The notes beneath the pieces are model-generated. The model was not told the DNA's origin, ran no database searches, and worked only from the letters and a program-made list of their open reading frames with translations. Positions 9,595 through 18,142 of a stretch of DNA of 26,984 nt are shown here, in pieces. Source of the DNA: a virus. Taxonomy: Duplodnaviria > Caudoviricetes. The stretch is from positions 1 through 26,984 of IMG/VR virus record IMGVR_UViG_3300032884_000301. One strand, written 5' to 3'. Position 1 is the stretch's first letter. Each line of letters begins with the position of its first letter. Both the position numbers and the translations under genes were made by a program.

Positions 9595-9624
9595 ATAGGG
9601 GGTCGCGGGCGCCAAGTGGGGACA
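9595..9624 (-). promoter_or_regulatory. Bipartite motif TGTCCCC-N12-CGACCCCCTAT, putative alternative-sigma promoter of the leftward operon
   Basis: Both boxes and the spacing are identical to 11205-11234. It ends 18 nt upstream of ATG 9576. Confidence 0.7.
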
Positions 9625-9886
9625 GAAATCTCGGAGCGGGAGGGCGGCGACAAATTGCCTGAGTTCGGCGCGACGGTCTGTCTAAAGCAGGCGTCGGATT
9701 GACGGCCCTCGGACGACGCTGAGGAAATGCTGATTGAAGTAAAAATAGTTGCCTCTGCCACTCTTGACGGATCGCCATTCCATGTGAGCCTCGTGGGGTC
9801 ATAGCTGAACGGCTGCAGAGGTCAACCCGGGGAAATCCGGAACCTGACCCGCGACGAGCACTGCGGCCACGTCGGGGAGAGACGCC

Positions 9887-10336
9887 ATGGGAAACTACCC
9901 TCGGAGATTGATGACCAAGAGCGCCCCACGCTTCCGGCCGTGGTCACCGGAAGACGAGTACCTCAAAACAATCTGGAAGTGTGAATGCTTCCGAACTATC
10001 GGCGTCAGAGCCGGCAAGGCGGTCGTCATCAGGTATGGGCAAGAGAACATCCACATCACACTTCCTTGCTATCGGAACTGTCCCTCGTGTGGGTTGCCGA
10101 ATTACTTGGGCTGGTGTCTCGACGAAAGTGTCGCGCCTCTGTCCTCGCAGCTACCCGGCACGAGTCGCCCATGGTGGTGCTCTAACTGTCCACAGTTCCT
10201 CGGTCGAGTCCGGGGGAACAGGGTCGAGATTAGTCGAGGCAAACGATTCAGGCTCGTCGGATTCGCGCCCTGCATCAGGCAGTGCCCGAGTTGTCGTCAT
10301 CTGAACAAACTCTACCGGCAGCCGCTGAAGTCGTAG
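9887..10336 (+). CDS. Protein with two tandem Com-like zinc ribbons
   Basis: Two internal repeats, WKCEC...IG...RNCPSCGLPN and WWCSNC...LG...RQCPSCRHLN. GGGGAG RBS. Confidence 0.6.
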   Translation: MGNYPRRLMTKSAPRFRPWSPEDEYLKTIWKCECFRTIGVRAGKAVVIRYGQENIHITLPCYRNCPSCGLPNYLGWCLDESVAPLSSQLPGTSRPWWCSNCPQFLGRVRGNRVEISRGKRFRLVGFAPCIRQCPSCRHLNKLYRQPLKS

Positions 10337-10468
10337 CGGCCGCCGACACTATTAACCACGCGCAAGACGCACACCGGCCTTCTATAAGGTGCCTGACGCC
10401 CGGCCGAAAGGTTGGGCGTCTTGTTTACTCCGTACCTAGCGGCATCGCGCGCTACACAGGAGCGCGTT

Positions 10469-11215
10469 GTGACTCAACGGGATGCGACGGAAGCGCTAGA
10501 TCACCTCGCGACCAAGAACCTCGTCTACCGGCAGGAGAACTGGCCAACGTGGATCGCGGTCGAAACACGCGTCAACCAATGCGGCCTCAAATCTCGGGAA
10601 ACGGACGACATCGTTCGGCCACTCATTCACGAACTCAAGACTACCCCTTCACCGTGGACGGACATCCTGCTGCTGCTGAGTTGGGATTCGCTGCGTTCGA
10701 TTCACCACTTGACCCGCGGTTACGACGAGGACCAATTGGCGCGGTGGTCTCAAGTCATGTGGCATTTTCGGAGCAGCCTGTATCGGAAGGGTCTACTTGG
10801 GCGCGAGGTCCTGGTAGGCCGCAAGATCTTCAACGATACAAAACGAGGCGTCCGGGATGCGTACCTGCGGGAGATCGGTATTGCCAAAAGATACCGAAGT
10901 CTTAGTCGCGAGTTACCCGAGGATGATGAAGGTCATGGCGCACCACCGTGGGAGCAGATCCCCTATTTCGATTGCGAATTCGGGGGAGTCGAGGCAGAGC
11001 ACGACGCGGCGTGGGCGTGCTCAGACCTCGACAGGCTCGTCAAGCGTGGTCGTCTAAGCAAGACGGACAGTCTGATTCTCGTTGGCTACCGGATCTACGG
11101 CCACCCCCTCCAGCAAGTCGCAGACGAAACGGGCCTGGACTACGAGGTCGTCAAGAAGCGCAGCCTGCGCGCCTCGGTGCTTCTGAAAAATATACAGAGA
11201 AACATGTCCCCGTAG
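10469..11215 (+). CDS. Sigma-70/ECF-like factor (region-4 HTH)
   Basis: C-terminal LSKTDSLILVGYRIYGHPLQQVADETGLDYEVVKKRSLRA matches sigma region 4. GTG 10469 has AGGAG 6 nt upstream, so it is preferred over the track's TTG 10412. Confidence 0.7.
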   Translation: MTQRDATEALDHLATKNLVYRQENWPTWIAVETRVNQCGLKSRETDDIVRPLIHELKTTPSPWTDILLLLSWDSLRSIHHLTRGYDEDQLARWSQVMWHFRSSLYRKGLLGREVLVGRKIFNDTKRGVRDAYLREIGIAKRYRSLSRELPEDDEGHGAPPWEQIPYFDCEFGGVEAEHDAAWACSDLDRLVKRGRLSKTDSLILVGYRIYGHPLQQVADETGLDYEVVKKRSLRASVLLKNIQRNMSP

Positions 11216-11234
11216 GCCGACTTCGACCCCCTAT
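11205..11234 (+). promoter_or_regulatory. Bipartite motif TGTCCCC-N12-CGACCCCCTAT, putative alternative-sigma promoter of the replication/packaging operon
   Basis: Second exact copy of the motif. It overlaps the sigma gene stop and ends 36 nt upstream of ATG 11271. Confidence 0.7.
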
Positions 11235-11270
11235 AGGAAGTAGAAGGCACACGGTGCCGAAGGAGGAATC

Positions 11271-11567
11271 ATGAACGACAACTGCAAATGCCGAGGGGCT
11301 CTTGACGGAGCCTTCCAGGAAGCCGCGCTCGCGCTAGGGGGCGTGGTAGCTTCCTCCCCCATTCTCGATGAGGCGATCTGGGACCTCGCCCGCGCGCTCG
11401 ATCAAATCCACGAGCGGGCGAGCGAGCGGTGCGGCGCGACGCAAACCACCCTTGCCCGCGAGACAGAAGACCCCGAACACCCGGCTATCGTCCATCTGCT
11501 CACCCGGCTGCGGGACAGGGGCGCTGCGCGCGGCGGTGCGTGCGGGTCCTGTAGGGGGCAACGATGA
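11271..11567 (+). CDS. Hypothetical protein (98 aa)
   Basis: AAGGAGG RBS and ATGA overlap with the next gene. Confidence 0.65.
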   Translation: MNDNCKCRGALDGAFQEAALALGGVVASSPILDEAIWDLARALDQIHERASERCGATQTTLARETEDPEHPAIVHLLTRLRDRGAARGGACGSCRGQR

Positions 11568-12505
11568 GCGCGCCCGAACCCACGCGGCTCGACCGCAATT
11601 CGCCGTTTCAGCCGGCAACTACCGGCAATCGCCGCCTCAAGCTCTTCCTGTGGGGAGATTCGGGTGTCGGGAAGACTACCCTCGCGCTCCGTTTCCCTAG
11701 CCCGGCCGTGATCGACCTCGAAGGCGGCACCGAGCACTACGGCGGTGAGTTCAAATTCGAGGTCCTCAAGGCCGCGAACGCCGACGAGGTCGCCGCGGCG
11801 GTCGACTGGCTACTCACCCACGAGCACCCCTACCGAACTCTCGTCATCGATCCGATCACTCTGTACTGGGACGCGTTGCAGTCCAAATGGACCGAGGTGT
11901 TCCTGCGCCGCAACAAGGGCGGCAAGGGGCACCGCGGCGAGTTCTACGACCTGCAGCCGCGCGATTGGATGACCCTCAAGGCGGAGTTCAAGGACCTCGT
12001 TCGCAAGCTCCTGCGCCTGGATATGAACGTCATCGTCACGGCCAGGCAGAAGGCGCAGTACGCCGACAGCGGCTTCATGCGGGTCGTCGGCGAGACGTTC
12101 GACGGGGAGAAATCCCTGCCCTACCTGTTCGACTCCATCTTGCGCCTGTACCGGGACGAGACCGGCCGGTTCATGGCGGAGAACCTCAAGGACCGCTCCA
12201 ACAAGCTGCCTCGGGGTCACTTCGAGGCCAGCTACGGCAAGTTCGAGACTCGGCTCGGCGCCGAAGCGCTCGACCGCGCTGCAGAGCCGGTACCTGTCGC
12301 TACGTCGGAGCAGCAAGACCGCATCCGACACTTCATCGCCACGTCCGGTATGTCATCAACGACGGTCACTCAGCGCTTGGCGGCCTATGGCGCCGCGCGG
12401 CTGGAGGACCTGAGCCCCGAAAACGCCGACCTGATCATCGCCAAGTTCGAGCACGCGGCCGCGGCCAAGCAGGCGGCGGTCCAGGACCATCCAGTAGGAG
12501 GTTGA
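11564..12505 (+). CDS. AAA_24 / Sak4-like phage ATPase (single-strand annealing)
   Basis: Walker A GDSGVGKT, IDLEGG, Walker B TLVIDPIT, NVIVTARQK, followed by a DUF669 gene as in Sak4 modules. Confidence 0.85.
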   Translation: MSAPEPTRLDRNSPFQPATTGNRRLKLFLWGDSGVGKTTLALRFPSPAVIDLEGGTEHYGGEFKFEVLKAANADEVAAAVDWLLTHEHPYRTLVIDPITLYWDALQSKWTEVFLRRNKGGKGHRGEFYDLQPRDWMTLKAEFKDLVRKLLRLDMNVIVTARQKAQYADSGFMRVVGETFDGEKSLPYLFDSILRLYRDETGRFMAENLKDRSNKLPRGHFEASYGKFETRLGAEALDRAAEPVPVATSEQQDRIRHFIATSGMSSTTVTQRLAAYGAARLEDLSPENADLIIAKFEHAAAAKQAAVQDHPVGG

Positions 12506-12508
12506 GTC

Positions 12509-12925
12509 ATGCCGAGAATCGACTTCGACAATGTGGAGTCCCCGTCCAGCTTCGCGCCCGTTCCTGACGGGGAGTACTCGGTTCGCGTCGGCGACATCGA
12601 GGCGGACTTCACCCGCGCCGGCGACGAGATGTGGAAGCTGCGCCTCTTGATCGAATCCGGCGAGCACCAGGGCCGGATCCTCTTCGACAATCTGGTCTTC
12701 AGCCCGAAGGCCATGCCGCGGGTGAAGCTCGTCTGCGAGGCCTGCGGTCTGGACACGACCGGCGTCGTGGACCTCACCCCGGCGATGCTCCTGGATAAGC
12801 TCGCGCGCGTCACGACGTACATCGAGGAGTACACCGACGACCACGGCGTCACGAAGGCGCGCAACCGCGTGCCGTTCGATGGCTACAGCCGCATCGAAGC
12901 CGTGGGCGATGACTGCCCGTTCTAA
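12509..12925 (+). CDS. DUF669 family ssDNA-binding-like protein
   Basis: FAPVPDGEYSVRV...GRILFDNL and an acidic C-terminus DDCPF. AGGAGG RBS. Confidence 0.8.
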   Translation: MPRIDFDNVESPSSFAPVPDGEYSVRVGDIEADFTRAGDEMWKLRLLIESGEHQGRILFDNLVFSPKAMPRVKLVCEACGLDTTGVVDLTPAMLLDKLARVTTYIEEYTDDHGVTKARNRVPFDGYSRIEAVGDDCPF

Positions 12926-13403
12926 GGGCGCGCTGGCGCAGGTGGAGGCGGTGCCGGCGGCCGCCTTCACCATCGCCATCGATACGCGCGAACAACTGCC
13001 GTACGCGTTCCCGGGCGCGGTCACCAAGACCCTGCCCAGTGGGGACTACTCCATCGTGGGCCTGGAGGACCGGGTCGCGATCGAGCGGAAGTCCAAGACG
13101 GACGCGTACGGCTCACTCGGCCAGGGGCGGGCGCGGTTTCGGCGAGAGGTCGAACGGCTGGCCGCCTTCGACTACGCCGCGATCGTGATCGAGGACACGG
13201 TGCAGGGGTTCCTGCGCCGCCCGCCGCACTCGAAGATGAATTCCCGCGGTGCGATCGGAACTCTCCTCGCGTGGTCGGTTCGCTACAGAATTCCCGTCTA
13301 CTTCGCCGGCGATCGCGAACATGCGCGCGCCCTTACCCAGAAGCTGCTGCAGATGTACTGGCGGTACCACCACAAGGAGCCTGCTCATGATCGCGGTTGT
13401 TGA
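12909..13403 (+). CDS. ERCC4-domain nuclease
   Basis: IDTREQ...LPSGDYS...IERKS catalytic signature. The start codon is uncertain. Confidence 0.88.
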   Translation: MTARSKGALAQVEAVPAAAFTIAIDTREQLPYAFPGAVTKTLPSGDYSIVGLEDRVAIERKSKTDAYGSLGQGRARFRREVERLAAFDYAAIVIEDTVQGFLRRPPHSKMNSRGAIGTLLAWSVRYRIPVYFAGDREHARALTQKLLQMYWRYHHKEPAHDRGC

Positions 13404-16035
13404 CGAGTGGGCCCAGTACAAAGACGAGATCCTGGCGAAGCTGGATTTCGCCAAAGTCTACGTCGACATCAAGCAGATCCGGTCCTCTGGTCCAGGCAAG
13501 ATCTCGGGGCTATGTCCCTTCCATGAGGATCACAAACCGTCGTTCGGCGTGGACCTGACCACTGGGGCTTGGGAATGCTTCGCTGGTTGCGGCAAGGGCG
13601 ATGTCTTCAAGTACCTGATGCAGAGGACCGGTAGGGGGTTCAAAGAGGTCCTGGTCGATCTTGGCGACGAGCACGGACTCGCGAGGCCAGGCAACGGTGG
13701 CGATGGATCCACGGCCGTCTACAGCTACCAAGATGAGAACGGCGCCGAGCTATTCCAGGTCGTGCGCGGCCCGAACAAGACATTCTGGCAACAACGGCCG
13801 AATGGCCACGGCGGCTACATCAAGAACCTCAACGGCGTGCGTCGAGTCTTGTACCGGCTGCCCGAGCTACTCGCGCGCCCGGGCGAAACCATATTCATCG
13901 TCGAGGGCGAGAAGGACGTCGACCGGTTGCACAACGAGGGCGTGCTTGCCACCACAAACTCCAACGGCGCGGGGAATTGGCGCAACGAGTACAACGCGTT
14001 CCTGACCGACCGTGACGTCGTCATCGTGCCGGACAATGACGCGCCGGGCCGTGCACACGCTTCGCAGATCGCCCGCGCGTTGCGTGGTCTCGCTACCAGC
14101 ATTCGCGTCATCGAGTTACCCGGATTGCCCGAGAAGGGCGACGTCAGCGATTGGCTCGATGCCGACCACACGGTGACCGAGTTGCTCGAATTGGTCGGCG
14201 CGACGCAACCGTGGTCGCCGAGCGATGAAGACACTGTGCGCCATCCGGGGGGGGCACCGCCGGACACTGGCCATGGTGGCGCGCTCGCCGACCGCGTGTT
14301 CGCCGCCGGTCGAGCGGCGGGAGTCACTCTCTTCCACGACGAGGATCGCCGTCCCTACGCCGCGATTCCCACCGAGCGGGGCCAGCGCATCGTGGCCGTC
14401 AGGTCTACCGATTTCGAGCATTGGTTCATGCACCTGGCCTGGCACGGCCTCGGTAAGTCTCTGAGCCGCGACGCGCGAAACACCGCGAGGGAGCTGTTTA
14501 GCTGCCATGCGATCTACGACGGAGACCAGATCCCGTTGGCAACTCGCGTCGCCCGCGTAGACCGCACCGTGTGGATCGATCTCGATGGCTATCGGGCCGT
14601 CCGGGTCGTACCCGGGTCCTGGGAGATCGTCGCCAGGCCGCCGATTCTCTTTCGCACGTATCCCCACCAGCGGTCGCTGCCGGAGCCCATACGAAACGGC
14701 GACATCAAGCGCGTGCTCGAGCTCGTCAATCTCTCGAGGGAAGAGGACAAGCTGCTCTTCCTCTGTAGCTTGGTCGTCGCGCTGATTCCAGATATTCCCG
14801 CGCCGGCTCTCATCCTCCACGGCCCCCAGGGCGCAGCAAAGACCACGTTTCTCAAGGTCTTCAAGCGGCTCGTGGATCCGTCGGCAGCGCCGGTCATCGG
14901 TAGCGTGAAAAGCATCGACGAGTTCGCCGTGGTCGCCGCACAGCATCGCGTCCTATTTTTCGACAATCTTACATCGCTGCCGGCGTGGCTCTCCGATGCG
15001 CTGTGTCGCGCGGTGACCGGCGACGGCTTCATGAAGCGGACCCTGTACACCGACGCCGAGACGACGACGTTGGCGTACCAGCGCCTCGTCGGCCTGTCGG
15101 GCATCAACAATGTGGTCGACAAGCCGGACCTGCTCGATCGCTCCTTGATCCTGCAACTGGCCCCGATCACGCCGGAGCAGCGTCGGGAGGAAGGGGAATA
15201 CCGGCAGCAGTTTGAGGAACTTGCGCCGGCGATCTTCGGCGGGATGCTGGATGTGCTGGCCAAGACGCTGGAAATCGCACCGACTATCAAGCTCACCAGC
15301 CGACCGCGCATGGCTGACTTCGCGCGCTGGGGGGCTGCGGCCGCCGTCGTGACGGGAGTGACGATAGAATCCTTCTTTTTAGCTTATGGAGGAAACGTAG
15401 GACGGCAAAACGAGGCGGCGTTCGAGGCCAGTCCGGTCGCCCAGGCCGTTCTGGAGTTCATGGAGAACCGCACGAGCTGGGATGGCCGCCCCGGCGACCT
15501 ATTGGAACAATTGACCTTAGCGGCTGAGGCCCTTCACCTCGACCAGCACGATCGGCAGTGGCCGAAGAACCCCCAGTGGCTCCATCGCCGCCTGACGGAG
15601 GTCGAAGCGAATCTGCTCGCCCAGGGGATCCAGGTCACCTGGTCTCGGACGGGGGAGCGCCGGACAGTCCGCATCGAAAAGGTCGGCGAAAATAGCGTCA
15701 CTGGCGTCACTGACGACAACATATTGAAAATCAACGAGTTGTCGATGACGCCATGCGCCGCGGAACTATTCGATGACGTCACGGATAGCGTCACCACGAC
15801 CTTCTATAAAGAAAACACCAGTGACGATAGTGACGATAATGACGCTACCGCCACCTCGGCTGGCGTCACCCCCTTCACGGTTATGGCGGACGATGACGAC
15901 GAGTGCGAAGCCCGCGAAGAACGCGCGGCCATCATGGAGTTCGATGGGGGATTGCCGGCAGAGGACGCAGAGCGGCTCGTGACCAGTGGCGATTCGCATC
16001 CGCAGATCGGTGATCTGTACGCGAAGGAGCAGTGA
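13387..16035 (+). CDS. DNA primase (CHC2 zinc finger + TOPRIM) fused to a P-loop helicase-like domain
   Basis: CPFHED...CFAGC zinc finger, IVEGEKDV and PDNDAPG TOPRIM motifs, GPQGAAKT Walker A, FFDN Walker B. AAGGAG RBS before ATG 13387. Confidence 0.9.
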   Translation: MIAVVDEWAQYKDEILAKLDFAKVYVDIKQIRSSGPGKISGLCPFHEDHKPSFGVDLTTGAWECFAGCGKGDVFKYLMQRTGRGFKEVLVDLGDEHGLARPGNGGDGSTAVYSYQDENGAELFQVVRGPNKTFWQQRPNGHGGYIKNLNGVRRVLYRLPELLARPGETIFIVEGEKDVDRLHNEGVLATTNSNGAGNWRNEYNAFLTDRDVVIVPDNDAPGRAHASQIARALRGLATSIRVIELPGLPEKGDVSDWLDADHTVTELLELVGATQPWSPSDEDTVRHPGGAPPDTGHGGALADRVFAAGRAAGVTLFHDEDRRPYAAIPTERGQRIVAVRSTDFEHWFMHLAWHGLGKSLSRDARNTARELFSCHAIYDGDQIPLATRVARVDRTVWIDLDGYRAVRVVPGSWEIVARPPILFRTYPHQRSLPEPIRNGDIKRVLELVNLSREEDKLLFLCSLVVALIPDIPAPALILHGPQGAAKTTFLKVFKRLVDPSAAPVIGSVKSIDEFAVVAAQHRVLFFDNLTSLPAWLSDALCRAVTGDGFMKRTLYTDAETTTLAYQRLVGLSGINNVVDKPDLLDRSLILQLAPITPEQRREEGEYRQQFEELAPAIFGGMLDVLAKTLEIAPTIKLTSRPRMADFARWGAAAAVVTGVTIESFFLAYGGNVGRQNEAAFEASPVAQAVLEFMENRTSWDGRPGDLLEQLTLAAEALHLDQHDRQWPKNPQWLHRRLTEVEANLLAQGIQVTWSRTGERRTVRIEKVGENSVTGVTDDNILKINELSMTPCAAELFDDVTDSVTTTFYKENTSDDSDDNDATATSAGVTPFTVMADDDDECEAREERAAIMEFDGGLPAEDAERLVTSGDSHPQIGDLYAKEQ
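15695..15869. repeat. Cluster of CGTCA/TGACG short repeats around a palindrome, a putative intragenic replication origin
   Basis: GCGTCAC at 15695, 15704, 15788 and 15863. TGACG at 15711, 15746 and 15774. Tandem GTGACGATA-GTGACGATA-ATGACGCTA at 15821-15847. CGACAAC-N17-GTTGTCG at 15714-15744. Confidence 0.6.
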
Positions 16036-17339
16036 TGAGTAGGACGGTCTTGACCCTCGAATCCATGGCGCTCGCCGACCTCGCACCCGCCCCCTACAAC
16101 CCCCGCACCATTAGCTCGGAGTCACTCGCCGGCCTCAGGGCCAGCGTAGAGCGCTTCGGCCTCGTGGAGCCCATCGTCTGGAACCGCCGCACAGGCCGCG
16201 TCGTGGGCGGCCACCAGCGCCTCAAGGCCCTGCAGCAACTCGGCGAGACCGAGACCCAGGTCGTGGTCGTCGACCTCGAGGAAGCCGAAGAGAAGGCGCT
16301 GAACGTCGCGTTGAACAACCCAGCGATTGCCGGCGAGTTCACAGCCGACATCCATCTGCTCCTGGCCGAACTCAAAGTCCTGATGCCCGAGCTCTACGAC
16401 GATCTGTGCTTCGACGACCTGGCGGCGCAGACCGCCAAGCTACTCGCCGAACTCGCTCCCGAGGACGGCCTCACCGATCCCGACGACGTGCCCGAGCCGC
16501 CCGAGGAGCCGGTCACCCAAGAGGGCGACCTCATCATCCTCGGCGGCCACCGGCTCGTTTGCGGCGACAGCCAGGACGCGGCAGTCATCGCGCGGCTCAT
16601 GGACGGCCACAAGGCCGCACTCTACGCCACAGACCCGCCCTACGGCGTCGGCTACGACGGCACCAGCCATCCCCAAAACCAGCGCGACAAGCAGGCGGGC
16701 CGCGCGCCTGGCACGCAGAACCACGACTGGTCGGACGACTACGAGGACCTCGACGCCTGGGACCACTTCGAGGACCAAGCGGCGTTCGAGAAATTCCTCG
16801 CCACCGTCTTCACCACGGCACGTCCTCACCTTTCGGATTCCGCCGCCTGGTACACCTGGCACGCCAGCGCGACCTCGGAGAGTTTCCGGCGGGCGTGGCA
16901 GGCGGCCGGCGTGCGCTACCACCAGATGATCAACTGGGTCAAGCCGACCTTCGTCCTCGGTTTCGCGATGTGGAACTACCGCAGCGAGCCGTGCCTCATG
17001 GGCTGGCAGCAAGGCCATAAGCCCGCGGCGTATCCCGTTGCCGACGAGAAGTCGAACGTCTGGGAGGTCGACTGGGAGGGCAAGGGCCGTTGCACCGATG
17101 GCGTGCATCCGACCCAGAAGCCCGTCCGGTTGTTCGAGCTGCCGATGTTGAAACACACCCGCCCGGGCGACATCTGCCTGGAGACATTCGCAGGCTCTGG
17201 CTCTCAGGTGATCGCCGCCGAGCGCCTGGGCCGCCGCTGCTTCGCCGTCGAGCGCAATCCCCGGTTCTGCGACGTGATCGTCTCGAGGTGGGAACAGTTC
17301 ACGGGTCAAACGGCCCAACGCATGGAGGTGTCCCGATGA
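16035..17339 (+). CDS. ParB N-terminal domain + N6/N4 DNA methyltransferase fusion
   Basis: PAPYNPR...GGHQRL ParB-like domain, TDPPY, HPTQKP and FAGSGS motifs in beta-class order. TGATG coupling to the primase gene. Confidence 0.92.
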   Translation: MSRTVLTLESMALADLAPAPYNPRTISSESLAGLRASVERFGLVEPIVWNRRTGRVVGGHQRLKALQQLGETETQVVVVDLEEAEEKALNVALNNPAIAGEFTADIHLLLAELKVLMPELYDDLCFDDLAAQTAKLLAELAPEDGLTDPDDVPEPPEEPVTQEGDLIILGGHRLVCGDSQDAAVIARLMDGHKAALYATDPPYGVGYDGTSHPQNQRDKQAGRAPGTQNHDWSDDYEDLDAWDHFEDQAAFEKFLATVFTTARPHLSDSAAWYTWHASATSESFRRAWQAAGVRYHQMINWVKPTFVLGFAMWNYRSEPCLMGWQQGHKPAAYPVADEKSNVWEVDWEGKGRCTDGVHPTQKPVRLFELPMLKHTRPGDICLETFAGSGSQVIAAERLGRRCFAVERNPRFCDVIVSRWEQFTGQTAQRMEVSR

Positions 17340-17893
17340 AACTCAAGGGTTACAGCCAAGACGTAAAACTGCGTGCGAAGGCGCTGTGGATCGTCGGCAA
17401 CCTTTCCGACCAGCAGATTGCGGACCAGCTTGGCATCGCCCGCGCCGGCACGATCGGCGACTGGCGCAAGGAGGACGGCTGGGAACATGAGCGCGAGATC
17501 ATTCGGCAGGCGACCGAAGAGAGGGTCGCCGCGGCGGTCAGCGAGACGATCTCGGCGATGAACACCCGCCATCTCAGGGAATACCAGTTGTTGCAAAGCA
17601 AGGGTGTCGCTGCCCTCAAGCACCTCGATCCGCGAACGGCCGCCGAAGCACAGTCGGCGATCGATGTGGGGATCAGGGGCGAGCGCCTGGTCCGCGGCGA
17701 GCCGACCGAGGTCCGCGAGGTTCGGGCGCTGATGCTGGCCAACGTGCAGGTCCTCGAGGTCGTGGTGTCTGAGGTGATAAAAGTCCTACTAAACAACGGC
17801 GTGATCGACAGCCGCGGCGCTCGCCAGTTCGCGGAGCTATTCGCCGACCGGATCAACGGAGCGCCGTTTCGGTACCGCGTGGAGGGAAATTGA
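17336..17893 (+). CDS. Putative terminase small subunit (N-terminal HTH)
   Basis: AKALW...SDQQIADQLGIARAGTIGDWRKEDGW HTH followed by a helical region, located between the methylase and terL. GGAGGTG RBS and ATGA overlap. Confidence 0.65.
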   Translation: MKLKGYSQDVKLRAKALWIVGNLSDQQIADQLGIARAGTIGDWRKEDGWEHEREIIRQATEERVAAAVSETISAMNTRHLREYQLLQSKGVAALKHLDPRTAAEAQSAIDVGIRGERLVRGEPTEVREVRALMLANVQVLEVVVSEVIKVLLNNGVIDSRGARQFAELFADRINGAPFRYRVEGN

Positions 17894-17995
17894 TACCGTA
17901 GAAGAATCTACGGTGACGAAAATGGCTGAATCCGGATAAGTGCAAGTAATGAGACAACTTGCAGAATTAGGCGATTCGGGAAAACCGCCGATTTG

Positions 17996-18058
17996 CTACG
18001 GCAAATCTACGGTAAAACCACGCCAGGACGGCAAATCGACGGCAAAACTACGGCAAAA
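17996..18058 (+). repeat. Five direct copies of an 11-mer (consensus CTACGGCAAAW)
   Basis: CTACGGCAAAT 17996, CTACGGTAAAA 18007, GGACGGCAAAT 18026, CGACGGCAAAA 18037, CTACGGCAAAA 18048. Confidence 0.85.
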
Positions 18059-18142
18059 AGGTCGCATAGATGTGAATATGAGACTAGGTAATATCAGCAG
18101 TAACAAAGGTCGGAGAGTAATATGCGACCCCAAGTAACAAAC

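Noticed and set aside
17996-18058. CRISPR array
   Set aside because: The 11-bp units are directly adjacent with no spacers, and no cas genes are present.
17940-18137. 65-aa ORF with repeated GKST
   Set aside because: The peptide repeat is a by-product of the 11-mer DNA repeats, and there is no RBS.
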